Positions 38,963 through 46,730 of a DNA stretch of 46,730 bases are shown here, piece after piece. The notes under the pieces are model-generated. The model was not told where the DNA came from and did no database searches. It worked only from the letters and a program-made list of their open reading frames with translations. Position 1 is the first letter of the stretch, and each line of letters starts with the position of its first letter. Position numbers and translations under genes: made by a program. The DNA is from Candidatus Zambryskibacteria bacterium RIFCSPLOWO2_12_FULL_39_16 (GTDB taxonomy: Bacteria > Patescibacteriota > Minisyncoccia > Phycocordibacterales > WO2-35-19), in the NCBI GenBank assembly GCA_001824215.1, contig MHWS01000022.1, positions 1-46,730 of the forward strand, read 5' to 3'.

Positions 38963-40154
38963 TGTTGGCCAAAACAGCTCCTATTTTAACGATGAAAGCG
39001 GTACCAGTTTGGACAATAGGGCTATAATAAAAAAAGTAGCAGGCAAATGTTATCTTCCGGCTAATGCAGTCCTCCTTCAAAATATAAAAAACAATCCGGA
39101 ATTTAAAGCGAGCTTTTCTATTTCCGGCTTGGCATTGGAGCAGTTTGAAAAACATGCTCCGGAAGTGATTGATTCTTTTAAGGTACTGGTTGATACCGGC
39201 AATGTTGAGCTTCTGTCAGAAACTTATTATCACTCTCTGGCCTCTATTTATTCCGAAGAAGAATTTATAAATCAAGTTCTGCTTCATCGCAAAAAGGTTC
39301 AAGATCTTTTTGGAGTTATCCCTTCGGTTTTTCGTAATACCGAGCTTATCTATTCAAACCAGATAGCCAAAATGGCGGAGAAAATGGGCTACCGTGGTAT
39401 TTTAGCCGAAGGAGCCGACCATATTTTAGGTTGGCGAAGCCCCACTTTTGTTTATAAGCCGATAGGTACTGAAAAAATAAAACTTTTGCTCAAGCATTAT
39501 CGCCTTTCCGATGATATTGCTTTTCGTTTCAGCCAAAGAAGTTGGGAAGGGTGGCCGCTCACTGCTCCAAAATTCGCTGATTGGGTTTCGTCACATAATG
39601 GCAATGCCAATACCATAAATTTATTTATGGATTACGAAACATTCGGCGAACATCAATGGGAAGATACCGGTATATTTGAATTCTTAAAATACTTGCCGGC
39701 TGAAATTTTAAAAAATCCGGACAACAATTTTATCACTCCATCAGAAGCGATTGACCGTTATGAAGCGAAAGGGGAACTCGATGTCCCTCATCATGTTTCT
39801 TGGGCTGATACCGAACGGGACTTGTCAGCTTGGATATCAAACGATTTGCAGAGAGAAGCTCTGGATACTCTTTATGCCTTGGGCAAGGAAATAATACATG
39901 TTGATGACCCTATTCTCATTGAAGATTGGCGAAAACTGCAGACTTCAGACCACTTCTATTATATGTGCACCAAATGGTGGAATGACGGCGATGTCCATAA
40001 ATATTTCTCGCCTTACGAATCTCCTTATGAAGCTTTCATAGCTTATATGAACGTCATGCAGGATATGCGTTTGCGTCTCTCCGATGCCAAGAAAAGACAG
40101 GAACACGAAGTTTTTCTACATAAAGTAAAACCCCTAAGATTTAGTGAAGTGTAA
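38895..40154 (+). CDS. glycoside hydrolase family 57 (alpha-amylase / branching-enzyme-like catalytic domain)
   Basis: N-terminal CFYFQVHQPLRVRKY, then later ELLSETYYH and DYETFGEH, typical of GH57. Confidence 0.85.
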   Translation: MPSVCFYFQVHQPLRVRKYRIFDVGQNSSYFNDESGTSLDNRAIIKKVAGKCYLPANAVLLQNIKNNPEFKASFSISGLALEQFEKHAPEVIDSFKVLVDTGNVELLSETYYHSLASIYSEEEFINQVLLHRKKVQDLFGVIPSVFRNTELIYSNQIAKMAEKMGYRGILAEGADHILGWRSPTFVYKPIGTEKIKLLLKHYRLSDDIAFRFSQRSWEGWPLTAPKFADWVSSHNGNANTINLFMDYETFGEHQWEDTGIFEFLKYLPAEILKNPDNNFITPSEAIDRYEAKGELDVPHHVSWADTERDLSAWISNDLQREALDTLYALGKEIIHVDDPILIEDWRKLQTSDHFYYMCTKWWNDGDVHKYFSPYESPYEAFIAYMNVMQDMRLRLSDAKKRQEHEVFLHKVKPLRFSEV

Positions 40155-40162
40155 TTAAATTG

Positions 40163-40171
40163 TGATAAAAT
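40163..40171 (+). promoter_or_regulatory. extended -10 box TGATAAAAT, 6 nt upstream of ATG 40178 (GH15)
   Basis: Read from the sequence. Confidence 0.4.
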
Positions 40172-40177
40172 ATTGAT

Positions 40178-42133
40178 ATGGCACGCTCAATGGTTTTGGG
40201 TAATGGCAACATAATGGTCTGTCTTGATAAATTCGGACAGGTCAGGGATTTTTATTTTCCTTATGTGGGGCAGGAAAATCATATAGGACCAAATCAAGTA
40301 CATAAGATTGGTGTTTTTGTTGACGGAATAATGAGTTGGATTGACAATGGAGAATGGAATATAGATCTAAAATATAAGAGGAATTCTATGGTATCAAAAA
40401 TGGAAGCTCTTAATGAAAGAGCTAAAATTTCCATAGAAACAAGTGATATAGTCTACAATGAAAAAAATATTTTCTTGAGAAAGGTTATTCTGACCAATAA
40501 AGACCAAAAGACGCGCAATATAAAAATTTTCTTAAATCAGCAGTTTAAAATAGGGGACACCAATCATGCTGATACCGCTTATTTCTCAAGCACCATTGAG
40601 TCTATCATTCATTATAAAGGCAGGAGAGTGTTTCTTACTGGTGGTTTGTTAGACAACAAGCCTTTTGATGATTACAGTATCGGTTTTTGCGGCATAGAAG
40701 GTAAGGAAGGCACTTGGAAAGATGCCGAAGACGGCAATTTATCAAAAAATTCTATCGAACACGGGGTAGTAGATTCGGTAATAAGTTGGGGCAAAGATAT
40801 TCCTGGAAATAATTCAGTTACTTTATATTATTGGGTGGCGGTAGGCGAAACTTATAAAGAAGTATGTGGGCTTCTTGAGTATATCTTTGGAAAAACTCCG
40901 GAGCATTTGATTGAATCAACCACAAATTTCTGGCAGGCATGGCTCAATCAAGTTCCTATCTCATTTGAGGGATTATCAGAAAAAGCTAAAAATTTGTTTT
41001 ATGATTCGCTTTTGGTAATGAGAGCCCATACAGATGACCGAGGTGGTATTTTGGCTTCGGCTGATTCTGGCAATGTCCAATATGGAGGAGATACTTATGG
41101 GTATATTTGGCCAAGGGATGCCTGCTTTACCGCTTGGAGTTTTGATATGGCTGGTTTTTATGATGACTCAAAAAAGTTTTATATCTTTATCAGTGATGTT
41201 TTAACTGAAGAAGGTTATGTTTTACATAAATATCAACCTGACCACTCTTTGGGGAGCTCATGGCATCCTTGGGTTAAGGACGGCAAACGTCAGCTTGCCA
41301 TCCAAGAGGATGAGACAGCAATCCTTTTGGTTGGCCTTTGGGAGCATTATATAAGGGCCAGAGATTTGGAGTTTATAGAGAGTATTTATAATATCTTTAT
41401 CAAAAAAGCAGCTGATTTTATAATTCGTTACCGGGATATGCATACCGGCCTACCGTTGCTTAGTTATGATTTGTGGGAGGAAAAATATACTGTCTCTCCA
41501 TTTACCGCTTCGGTAGTTTATGGCGGTCTTATGGCAGCTGGGAATTTTGCCAAGACTTTAGGTAAAGAGGATGACTGCGCCAAATTTTATTCGGAAGCGG
41601 AAATTTTGCGTAAATCAATAATGATTTATCTTTGGGATGAAGAAGGGAAATATTTTTTCAAACTGGTTGGCGATAAACTTGAAAAAGATGTAAATCTTGA
41701 TGCTAGCAGTTTTTACGGTCCGTTCCGTTTTGGTGTGGTATCGGCTGATGATCCCAGGATGAAAGAAGGATTTAAGATTTTACAATCTCGATTAGGAAGG
41801 GGTATTAGTATTGGCGGTTTTGCTCGCTATGAAAGTGATACTTATTGCCATGTTCCAGGTGACTCTACCGGCAACCCATGGGTCATTACATCTTTATGGT
41901 TTATTCAATACAAAATAGCGACAGCTGTTTCTATAATAGAACTTAAAAAAATAGCCTCCGACATAGAATGGGTGGTCAAATTCGCAAAATCAGGTATGTT
42001 ATCCGAACAACTTAATCCTTACACAGGCGAGTTTTTGTCCGCCATGCCGCTTGTTTGGAGTCACGCCGAGTTTGTTCATACAGTTATTGAATATAATAAA
42101 AAAATAAAATCTTTCAACAATTCCAAAATCTGA
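40178..42133 (+). CDS. glycoside hydrolase family 15 (glucoamylase / glucodextranase-like)
   Basis: N-terminal VLGNGNIMVCLDKFGQVRDFYFPYVG beta-sandwich start. Catalytic-domain YIWPRDA, LWEE and WSHAEF motifs. Confidence 0.85.
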   Translation: MARSMVLGNGNIMVCLDKFGQVRDFYFPYVGQENHIGPNQVHKIGVFVDGIMSWIDNGEWNIDLKYKRNSMVSKMEALNERAKISIETSDIVYNEKNIFLRKVILTNKDQKTRNIKIFLNQQFKIGDTNHADTAYFSSTIESIIHYKGRRVFLTGGLLDNKPFDDYSIGFCGIEGKEGTWKDAEDGNLSKNSIEHGVVDSVISWGKDIPGNNSVTLYYWVAVGETYKEVCGLLEYIFGKTPEHLIESTTNFWQAWLNQVPISFEGLSEKAKNLFYDSLLVMRAHTDDRGGILASADSGNVQYGGDTYGYIWPRDACFTAWSFDMAGFYDDSKKFYIFISDVLTEEGYVLHKYQPDHSLGSSWHPWVKDGKRQLAIQEDETAILLVGLWEHYIRARDLEFIESIYNIFIKKAADFIIRYRDMHTGLPLLSYDLWEEKYTVSPFTASVVYGGLMAAGNFAKTLGKEDDCAKFYSEAEILRKSIMIYLWDEEGKYFFKLVGDKLEKDVNLDASSFYGPFRFGVVSADDPRMKEGFKILQSRLGRGISIGGFARYESDTYCHVPGDSTGNPWVITSLWFIQYKIATAVSIIELKKIASDIEWVVKFAKSGMLSEQLNPYTGEFLSAMPLVWSHAEFVHTVIEYNKKIKSFNNSKI

Positions 42134-42139
42134 TAGAAT
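42131..42139 (+). promoter_or_regulatory. extended -10 box TGATAGAAT, 6 nt upstream of ATG 42146 (gatB); its TGA is the GH15 stop codon
   Basis: Read from the sequence. Confidence 0.4.
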
Positions 42140-42145
42140 GTTTCC

Positions 42146-43588
42146 ATGGAATATAAACCCACTATAGGGCTTGAAATTCATGCGGAATTAAAGACTAGGA
42201 CAAAAATGTTTTGTTCTTGTAAGAATGATATGGACGAAAAAAGGCCGAATGTGAATATTTGTCCTATTTGTCTGGGGCATCCAGGAACTTTACCCGTTAT
42301 AAATAAAGAGGCGGTAAAACATGTTTTGAAAGTCGGGTTATCGGTAGGAGGGAAAATGGCCGATTTTTCAGAATTTGATCGCAAAAACTATTTTTACCCG
42401 GATATACCAAAAGGTTACCAAATAAGCCAATATAAGCATCCGCTTGTATCAGGGGGGGAACTTTTAGGAGTTAAAATAACAAGGATTCATCTAGAGGAGG
42501 ATACAGCAAAGTCGAGTCATGTCGAAGATCCTGAACTAAGCGAAGGAAGAGACGACAACCATGCCTCGCCCACAGATGGGTATAGTCTTGTTGATTTCAA
42601 CAGAGCTGGGGTGCCGCTTATGGAACTTGTAACCGAGCCAGTCATGCATTCATCTGTCGAAGTTGTTAAATTTGGCGAAGAATTGCGACTTCTTTTGCAG
42701 TATTTAGGGGTGGCGGAAGCCAATATGGAGAAGGGAGAGATGAGACTCGAAGCCAACATTTCCTTAAGTAAAAATGACAAATTTGGTACTAAAGTAGAAG
42801 TGAAAAATCTCAACTCTTTCCGTTCTGCCGAAAGGGCTGTAGAGTATGAAATTAAGAGACAGACTAAGCTTTTGGAAGAAGGAGAAAAAGTAAGTCAGGA
42901 AACGAGAGGTTGGGATGAGAAGAAACAAACCACTTTTTCTCAAAGGTCCAAAGAGGACTCTCATGATTATCGATATTTCCCTGACCCGGACCTGCCAAAA
43001 CTCGTATTGAGTGAAATAAAAGACCTTAGTGGAGAAACTTTAAGCAAGGAAATAAATGAAACTCCGGAGGAAAAAAGAGAAAGATTTAAAAAAGATTACA
43101 ATATAAAAGATAGCGATATTGATTTCTATGTTTCAAATCTGAAACTAGGGGCATTCTTTGAGAAGACCGCTCTCTCTGTGTCGGAGGAAAAAAATTTTCA
43201 ATTGTTATCGAATTATATAGTAAGCGATCTGACCAGTTTAGGAGAGAAGGCTTTTGGTGTAAATCCGGAGTCAATGGCTTCAATAATTAAAATGATAACT
43301 TCTGGCGAGTTGTCATCTTGGGGGGCAAAAAATGTTCTTCAAATCTTAGCCCACGAAGGAGGAGACCCATATATCATTGCCGAGAAAGGGGGTTTTATCC
43401 AAAAAAACGATGAGGCGGAGCTTACTTTAGTAGTGAAGAATGTCGTAACTCAAAATCAGAAAGTAGTTAATGAATACAAGTCTGGTAAATTATCGGCCTT
43501 ACAATTTTTAGTCGGGCAATGCATGAAAGCTACGGGTGGCTCGGCAAATCCAAGTGTTTTAAAAGATCTCATTTTGAAAATCATTTGA
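42146..43588 (+). CDS. gatB: Asp-tRNA(Asn)/Glu-tRNA(Gln) amidotransferase subunit B
   Basis: IGLEIHAEL, MFCSC, CPICLGHPGTLPV, NYFYPDIPKGYQISQ, HLEEDT, VDFNRAGVPLMELVTEP and C-terminal GQCMKATGGSANP motifs. Confidence 0.95.
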   Translation: MEYKPTIGLEIHAELKTRTKMFCSCKNDMDEKRPNVNICPICLGHPGTLPVINKEAVKHVLKVGLSVGGKMADFSEFDRKNYFYPDIPKGYQISQYKHPLVSGGELLGVKITRIHLEEDTAKSSHVEDPELSEGRDDNHASPTDGYSLVDFNRAGVPLMELVTEPVMHSSVEVVKFGEELRLLLQYLGVAEANMEKGEMRLEANISLSKNDKFGTKVEVKNLNSFRSAERAVEYEIKRQTKLLEEGEKVSQETRGWDEKKQTTFSQRSKEDSHDYRYFPDPDLPKLVLSEIKDLSGETLSKEINETPEEKRERFKKDYNIKDSDIDFYVSNLKLGAFFEKTALSVSEEKNFQLLSNYIVSDLTSLGEKAFGVNPESMASIIKMITSGELSSWGAKNVLQILAHEGGDPYIIAEKGGFIQKNDEAELTLVVKNVVTQNQKVVNEYKSGKLSALQFLVGQCMKATGGSANPSVLKDLILKII

Positions 43589-44227
43589 GCTCTCTTTGGC
43601 AGTGCTAGTGGTTACAAAATCCTTATATTTTGCTTGGTCTTTGAACTGTTTTAGGATTATTTTAGTGGAGAGAAAACTACCCCATCTGTTTGAACCTATA
43701 TAATCCTGATAACTTGAGTATGGGTACTTATCATATGTGTTTTCCCAAGCCTTAATTTCTTTTGGATTCTTGTGAATATAAGAGGAAAGATGTAGTAATT
43801 GAATATTATTTTTTATATGTACCGCTTTAAAAGGCCCTTCAAAGATGTGGCCTTTTTTGTGGTATTTAGCGTTAAAATATTTACCATAGGCGGTAAGAAT
43901 TCTGTGCATATAAACAGACAATATACCATCATCCAAATTTTGGACCAGAAGATGAAAGTGATTTGGCATCAGGGCGAAGGTAACAAGTTCAATGTTTCTC
44001 TTTTTGATTATTTCACTAATTTTGTCTTCCTTAGTGCTGAAAGTTCCATTCTTGATGAACCCTCCTGTATACCAAGATACATTGTGCATCCTGATAGGGG
44101 ATTGGAAGTGGGTGATTAAAAATATAAATCTTGCTTTATCATGGTCATCAATAAATATTTTTTCTTTCTTAGAACCTCTGTTGAATATATGATAGTGTTC
44201 ATTTGGTGCAAAATTTTCGTATCTCAT
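43559..44227 (-). CDS. Y1 HUH transposase, IS200/RayT (REP-associated tyrosine transposase)-like
   Basis: HYHIFNRG, HUH motif MPNHFHLLV and Tyr motif SSYIHKNP. The 3' end overlaps the gatB 3' end by 30 nt (convergent). Confidence 0.8.
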   Translation of the reverse strand: MRYENFAPNEHYHIFNRGSKKEKIFIDDHDKARFIFLITHFQSPIRMHNVSWYTGGFIKNGTFSTKEDKISEIIKKRNIELVTFALMPNHFHLLVQNLDDGILSVYMHRILTAYGKYFNAKYHKKGHIFEGPFKAVHIKNNIQLLHLSSYIHKNPKEIKAWENTYDKYPYSSYQDYIGSNRWGSFLSTKIILKQFKDQAKYKDFVTTSTAKESSNDFQNEIF

Positions 44228-44271
44228 GATATTTTAGTGTAGCAAAGATCAAAAATTACACTATTTTTGTT

Positions 44272-44280
44272 TGTGGATAA
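44272..44280 (-). promoter_or_regulatory. perfect DnaA-box 9-mer (TTATCCACA on the minus strand)
   Basis: The plus strand reads TGTGGATAA. Part of an 11-nt direct repeat, TGTGGATAACT, shared with 45040-45050. Confidence 0.4.
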
Positions 44281-44281
44281 C

Positions 44282-44325
44282 TATTAAACGCTCAGCGTTT
44301 AATATTAGATGCTGAGCGTTTAGTA
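44282..44325. repeat. 15-bp inverted repeat (one G-T pair) with a 14-nt spacer, 55 nt upstream of the Y1 transposase start
   Basis: TATTAAACGCTCAGC (44282-44296) against GCTGAGCGTTTAGTA (44311-44325). The left arm is itself near-palindromic (AAACGCTcAGCGTTT). Confidence 0.6.
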
Positions 44326-44370
44326 TAGTATTTAGTAGTGTTATATTGTATAATCAGTGTGTGGTGTATC

Positions 44371-44392
44371 GATGAAATGGTGATGAAATGGT
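44371..44392. repeat. perfect tandem duplication of the 11-mer GATGAAATGGT
   Basis: Read directly: GATGAAATGGT at 44371-44381 and again at 44382-44392. Confidence 0.7.
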
Positions 44393-44713
44393 ACCAAAGC
44401 TATAAAATTTTTGAATGATTTTTTGATAAGTTAGTACAAATTAGAACTAGTGATATGTAATTTATTGGGGAAATATAGATCATAAAAATGAAGTGATATT
44501 AAACAATGTTAGTTGGAATTAAGTCAAAAGTTATGGTGATATTTTCTAAATTGATAACATAAGATAGTAGGGGATAAGTCAATTATTTTTGCACTAAAAA
44601 CATTTTTTCAAGTTGGAAGGTTTAGGTATGTTTTTTGGTATATAAAGATAAAATAGATATAACCTAAAGGCTTGTTCTTTTATAAAATTTTTTAAACATT
44701 ATTAACCTTATTT

Positions 44714-44956
44714 TTAGATTTCTTCTAGATGCTGGACAGCTAGCTTACGAATCTCGTTCTTTTTCTTTTTTACAATGAAAATATTACTCTCAATCATTTC
44801 TAATACTTTGTCAATATCCTCTAATTTATAGACCCTATAGTTATTAAATGGGTGACGGTGAGCTTTGAGCTTCCCGGACTTGTCCCAATTCCTAAGAGTG
44901 ATCTTGGACATACCTAATATATTGGAAGCATCTTTTATAGTTATATACTTGTTCAT
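44714..44956 (-). CDS. small MerR/excisionase-type helix-turn-helix DNA-binding protein (80 aa)
   Basis: ITIKDASNILGMSKITLRNWDKSGKLKAHRHPFNNYRVYKLEDI matches the HTH_17/MerR N-terminal pattern. Confidence 0.75.
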   Translation of the reverse strand: MNKYITIKDASNILGMSKITLRNWDKSGKLKAHRHPFNNYRVYKLEDIDKVLEMIESNIFIVKKKKNEIRKLAVQHLEEI

Positions 44957-45039
44957 GTTATTTATTATTTAAAATTATACATTATAAAACCTATATAAAC
45001 ATTATAGTATAGATATATATAAATAGGAAAGTATAGTAA

Positions 45040-45048
45040 TGTGGATAA
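45040..45048 (-). promoter_or_regulatory. perfect DnaA-box 9-mer (TTATCCACA on the minus strand)
   Basis: The plus strand reads TGTGGATAA, flanked by very AT-rich sequence. Confidence 0.4.
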
Positions 45049-45238
45049 CTTGGGTATTATAATCTAAAATATGATATTATAGATAAATCAGCATAGTATA
45101 GTTTTAAGTAGATAAACGAGATTTTCATTGTAATTAAGGGTAATTTGGGAGATCTATTGAATCGAGTTAGGTGAGTAAAGAGGTGATACTAAAATTTAGA
45201 AAATTTTTGTCTAAAAGTACTAAATTATAAATACTGTT

Positions 45239-45247
45239 TTATCCCCA
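45239..45247 (+). promoter_or_regulatory. DnaA-box-like 9-mer TTATCCCCA (one mismatch)
   Basis: Read from the sequence. Confidence 0.3.
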
Positions 45248-45259
45248 CTTTTTTAATTT

Positions 45260-45277
45260 ATCTCGTCTATCCGAGAT
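45260..45277. promoter_or_regulatory. operator-like inverted repeat ATCTCG-6 nt-CGAGAT over the -35/spacer region of the large HTH-TM ORF promoter
   Basis: A 6-bp perfect inverted repeat read from the sequence. The function is inferred only from its position. Confidence 0.3.
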
Positions 45278-45279
45278 TG

Positions 45280-45285
45280 TATAAT
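45280..45285 (+). promoter_or_regulatory. -10 box TATAAT, 7 nt upstream of ATG 45293
   Basis: Read from the sequence. Preceded by the inverted repeat at 45260-45277. Confidence 0.4.
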
Positions 45286-45292
45286 ACCCTTA

Positions 45293-46729
45293 ATGGATAA
45301 GGCTATTAACCTCCATGGCGAGAAATATATCTCGGCTAGACGAGCATCAGAAATAACTAAATATACAAGTGACTATATTGGTCAGCTTTGCCGTTCAAAA
45401 AAGATTGACGCAAAGTTAATCGGACGAAGTTGGTATGTCTCAAAGAAGGAGATCTTAAAGTATAAGAATTCTCAAAAATCTTCGGATATTGATCTTAGAG
45501 AATCTCCATCTGTTTTTACCAGAGATAATAAGAAAACTAAAAAAGTTATAAGTAAAGTCTTTAAACCTAGTACGTTTAGAGAATCAAGTGTATTTAAACC
45601 TAAATCTGAGGCGATAAAGATTAATTACATTAGGGACAATGAGCCACTTTTCCCAAAGGTAGTTAAAAAATTTGATTACGGAGGTGCAAAATATATTGCT
45701 TTAAAGAGTCTAGAGGAATCTTTGATTAGACCTAAAAAAACTTCGTTTATTGAAAGATTTGCTTTTAGTTCCGCTGTAGTTTCTTTTATTTTACTTTTTA
45801 CCTTTGGTTTTGTTTTTGAAAAAGAAAATATTAGCAAACTCGTTCCTTCCAATTTTGGGAGTCATCTGAAAGAAGAAGTGTCTTTTTTGTATGGACCATA
45901 TGCAAATGAATTTCAAAGTAACTATTTGAAATTTAAGAAGGATATTTTTAGTATAAATCAAGGTGGTAGTCAGCTCGCTTCTTCTTTATTTTCTGCTCAA
46001 GGGTGGCGATCTACTTCTGATTGGCTGAAAAATATTGGTTATAAAATTGTAGAACCTTGGCTACAAAAAAATACACCCGTTTTGGTCAATGAAAATAATA
46101 ATTCATCCCAATCTTCTTCTACAATAGGGGAAGGTATAGCCAGAACGGTTTTCGTTGCTGGTTCTAGCAAAGAATATGTAGATTTAAAAATAGATGAACT
46201 CAAAAAATATTTTCTAGCTTTACCTTTTATTTCGGCATCAGCTCCAAATGTAAATCGCTATTATATTACTAATCAAAATGACAGAATTGTTGATTTGATA
46301 TCCAGAAGTTCAAGTAATTCAACTTCTGGCACCGTCACATCCATAGCCACCAACAATGGATTAACAGGAGGGACCATCACCACTTCAGGAACTATCGGTC
46401 TCAATGTGGCCGGTCTCTCAACCAACGGTCTCATCACATGGGACGGTTCAAACCTTTTCGCAACAGGCACTCCTCAACTGACTGTCGGAAATCTCTTGGC
46501 CACATCAACCACCGCCACTTCCCAAATCTGGGGCAATGTCGGTATATCCACTTCCACTCCATGGGCTCAATTTGCAATCAATCCAATCGCCGGACAAGCT
46601 TCCAATCAATTTGTTGTCGGTTCATCAACCGCCACATCCTTCATCATCAACAATGCGGGTAATGTTGGTATCGGCACCACAACACCGGGAACTTTGCTTT
46701 CTCTCGGCAACAGTGGAACAGATTACGTA
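45293..46729 (+). CDS. 5' part of a large ORF (at least 479 codons, runs off the window): Xis-type HTH, then a TM helix, then a Gly/Thr/Ser-rich tail-fibre-like repeat region
   Basis: Not in the ORF track because it has no stop in the window. I translated the frame by hand from ATG 45293 and found no stop codon. N-terminal YISARRASEITKYTSDYIGQLCRSKKIDAKLIGRSWYVSKKEI (excisionase-like HTH), hydrophobic FAFSSAVVSFILLFTFGFVF, then GNVGIGTTTPGT-type repeats. Confidence 0.7.
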   Translation, partial: MDKAINLHGEKYISARRASEITKYTSDYIGQLCRSKKIDAKLIGRSWYVSKKEILKYKNSQKSSDIDLRESPSVFTRDNKKTKKVISKVFKPSTFRESSVFKPKSEAIKINYIRDNEPLFPKVVKKFDYGGAKYIALKSLEESLIRPKKTSFIERFAFSSAVVSFILLFTFGFVFEKENISKLVPSNFGSHLKEEVSFLYGPYANEFQSNYLKFKKDIFSINQGGSQLASSLFSAQGWRSTSDWLKNIGYKIVEPWLQKNTPVLVNENNNSSQSSSTIGEGIARTVFVAGSSKEYVDLKIDELKKYFLALPFISASAPNVNRYYITNQNDRIVDLISRSSSNSTSGTVTSIATNNGLTGGTITTSGTIGLNVAGLSTNGLITWDGSNLFATGTPQLTVGNLLATSTTATSQIWGNVGISTSTPWAQFAINPIAGQASNQFVVGSSTATSFIINNAGNVGIGTTTPGTLLSLGNSGTDYV

Positions 46730-46730
46730 A

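Noticed and set aside
43559-44325. Calling the transposase plus hairpin a complete IS200/IS605 mobile element
   Set aside because: Only one hairpin-bearing end is visible. The other end would fall inside the gatB coding sequence, and no tnpB or second subterminal structure is seen.
45327-45344. A second copy of the ATCTCG...CGAG operator-like motif inside the 5' end of the large ORF (ATATCTCGGCTAGACGAG)
   Set aside because: Only 4 bp of true inverted symmetry (CTCG/CGAG). That is too weak to separate from chance.
46273-46730. ORFs 46273-46470 (-), 46438-46662 (+) and 46536-46730 (+)
   Set aside because: All lie inside the long open-ended frame that starts at 45293. That frame has a coherent domain structure, and the Gly/Thr-repeat region generates spurious ORFs in other frames.

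Overview
The window is AT-rich and densely packed with short, often 4-nt-overlapping (ATGA-coupled) genes. The gene content looks like a Candidate Phyla Radiation / Patescibacteria-type bacterium; that assignment is an inference, not a database result. Housekeeping genes I am confident of are secA, gatB, gmd, fcl and wecB. About 29 kb (3335-32188) is one large glycan-biosynthesis locus with a + arm (3335-11628) and a - arm (11625-29944) that converge with overlapping stop codons. It encodes 8 GT-B glycosyltransferases and 6 methyltransferases (3 FkbM-type, 3 class I SAM). It also encodes a NodB deacetylase, a CapD/PseB-like dehydratase, GDP-fucose synthesis genes, a Wzm/Wzt ABC exporter with a C-terminal Wzt extension, and a divergent Wzy_C/O-antigen-ligase-like protein with TPR repeats. 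The most unusual part of the locus is a sub-module at 20825-25804. It contains an AroB-like sugar-phosphate cyclase, an SDR, a KdsB-type CMP-transferase, an FkbM methyltransferase and a 473-aa unknown protein with a possible CMP-sugar transferase (HP) motif. No Kdo or sialic acid synthase genes accompany it in the window. The right side carries secA, several small hypothetical genes, DedA, an AI-2E permease, an alpha-glucan trio (GT, GH57, GH15) and gatB. Beyond gatB lies an accessory-looking end: a Y1/HUH (IS200/RayT-like) transposase with a nearby hairpin, a small MerR/Xis-type HTH gene, perfect DnaA-box-like 9-mers, and a large open-ended ORF not in the ORF track (45293 to window end) that combines an Xis-type HTH, a TM helix and tail-fibre-like Gly/Thr repeats. 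Two window-wide signals stand out. First, extended -10 boxes (TGnTAnnAT) sit 6-10 nt upstream of many operon-leading start codons, and Shine-Dalgarno sequences are almost absent, which suggests leaderless or near-leaderless mRNAs. Second, a GC-rich structured non-coding element with its own promoter-like and terminator-like signals lies upstream of secA. I found no rRNA, tRNA or CRISPR array.
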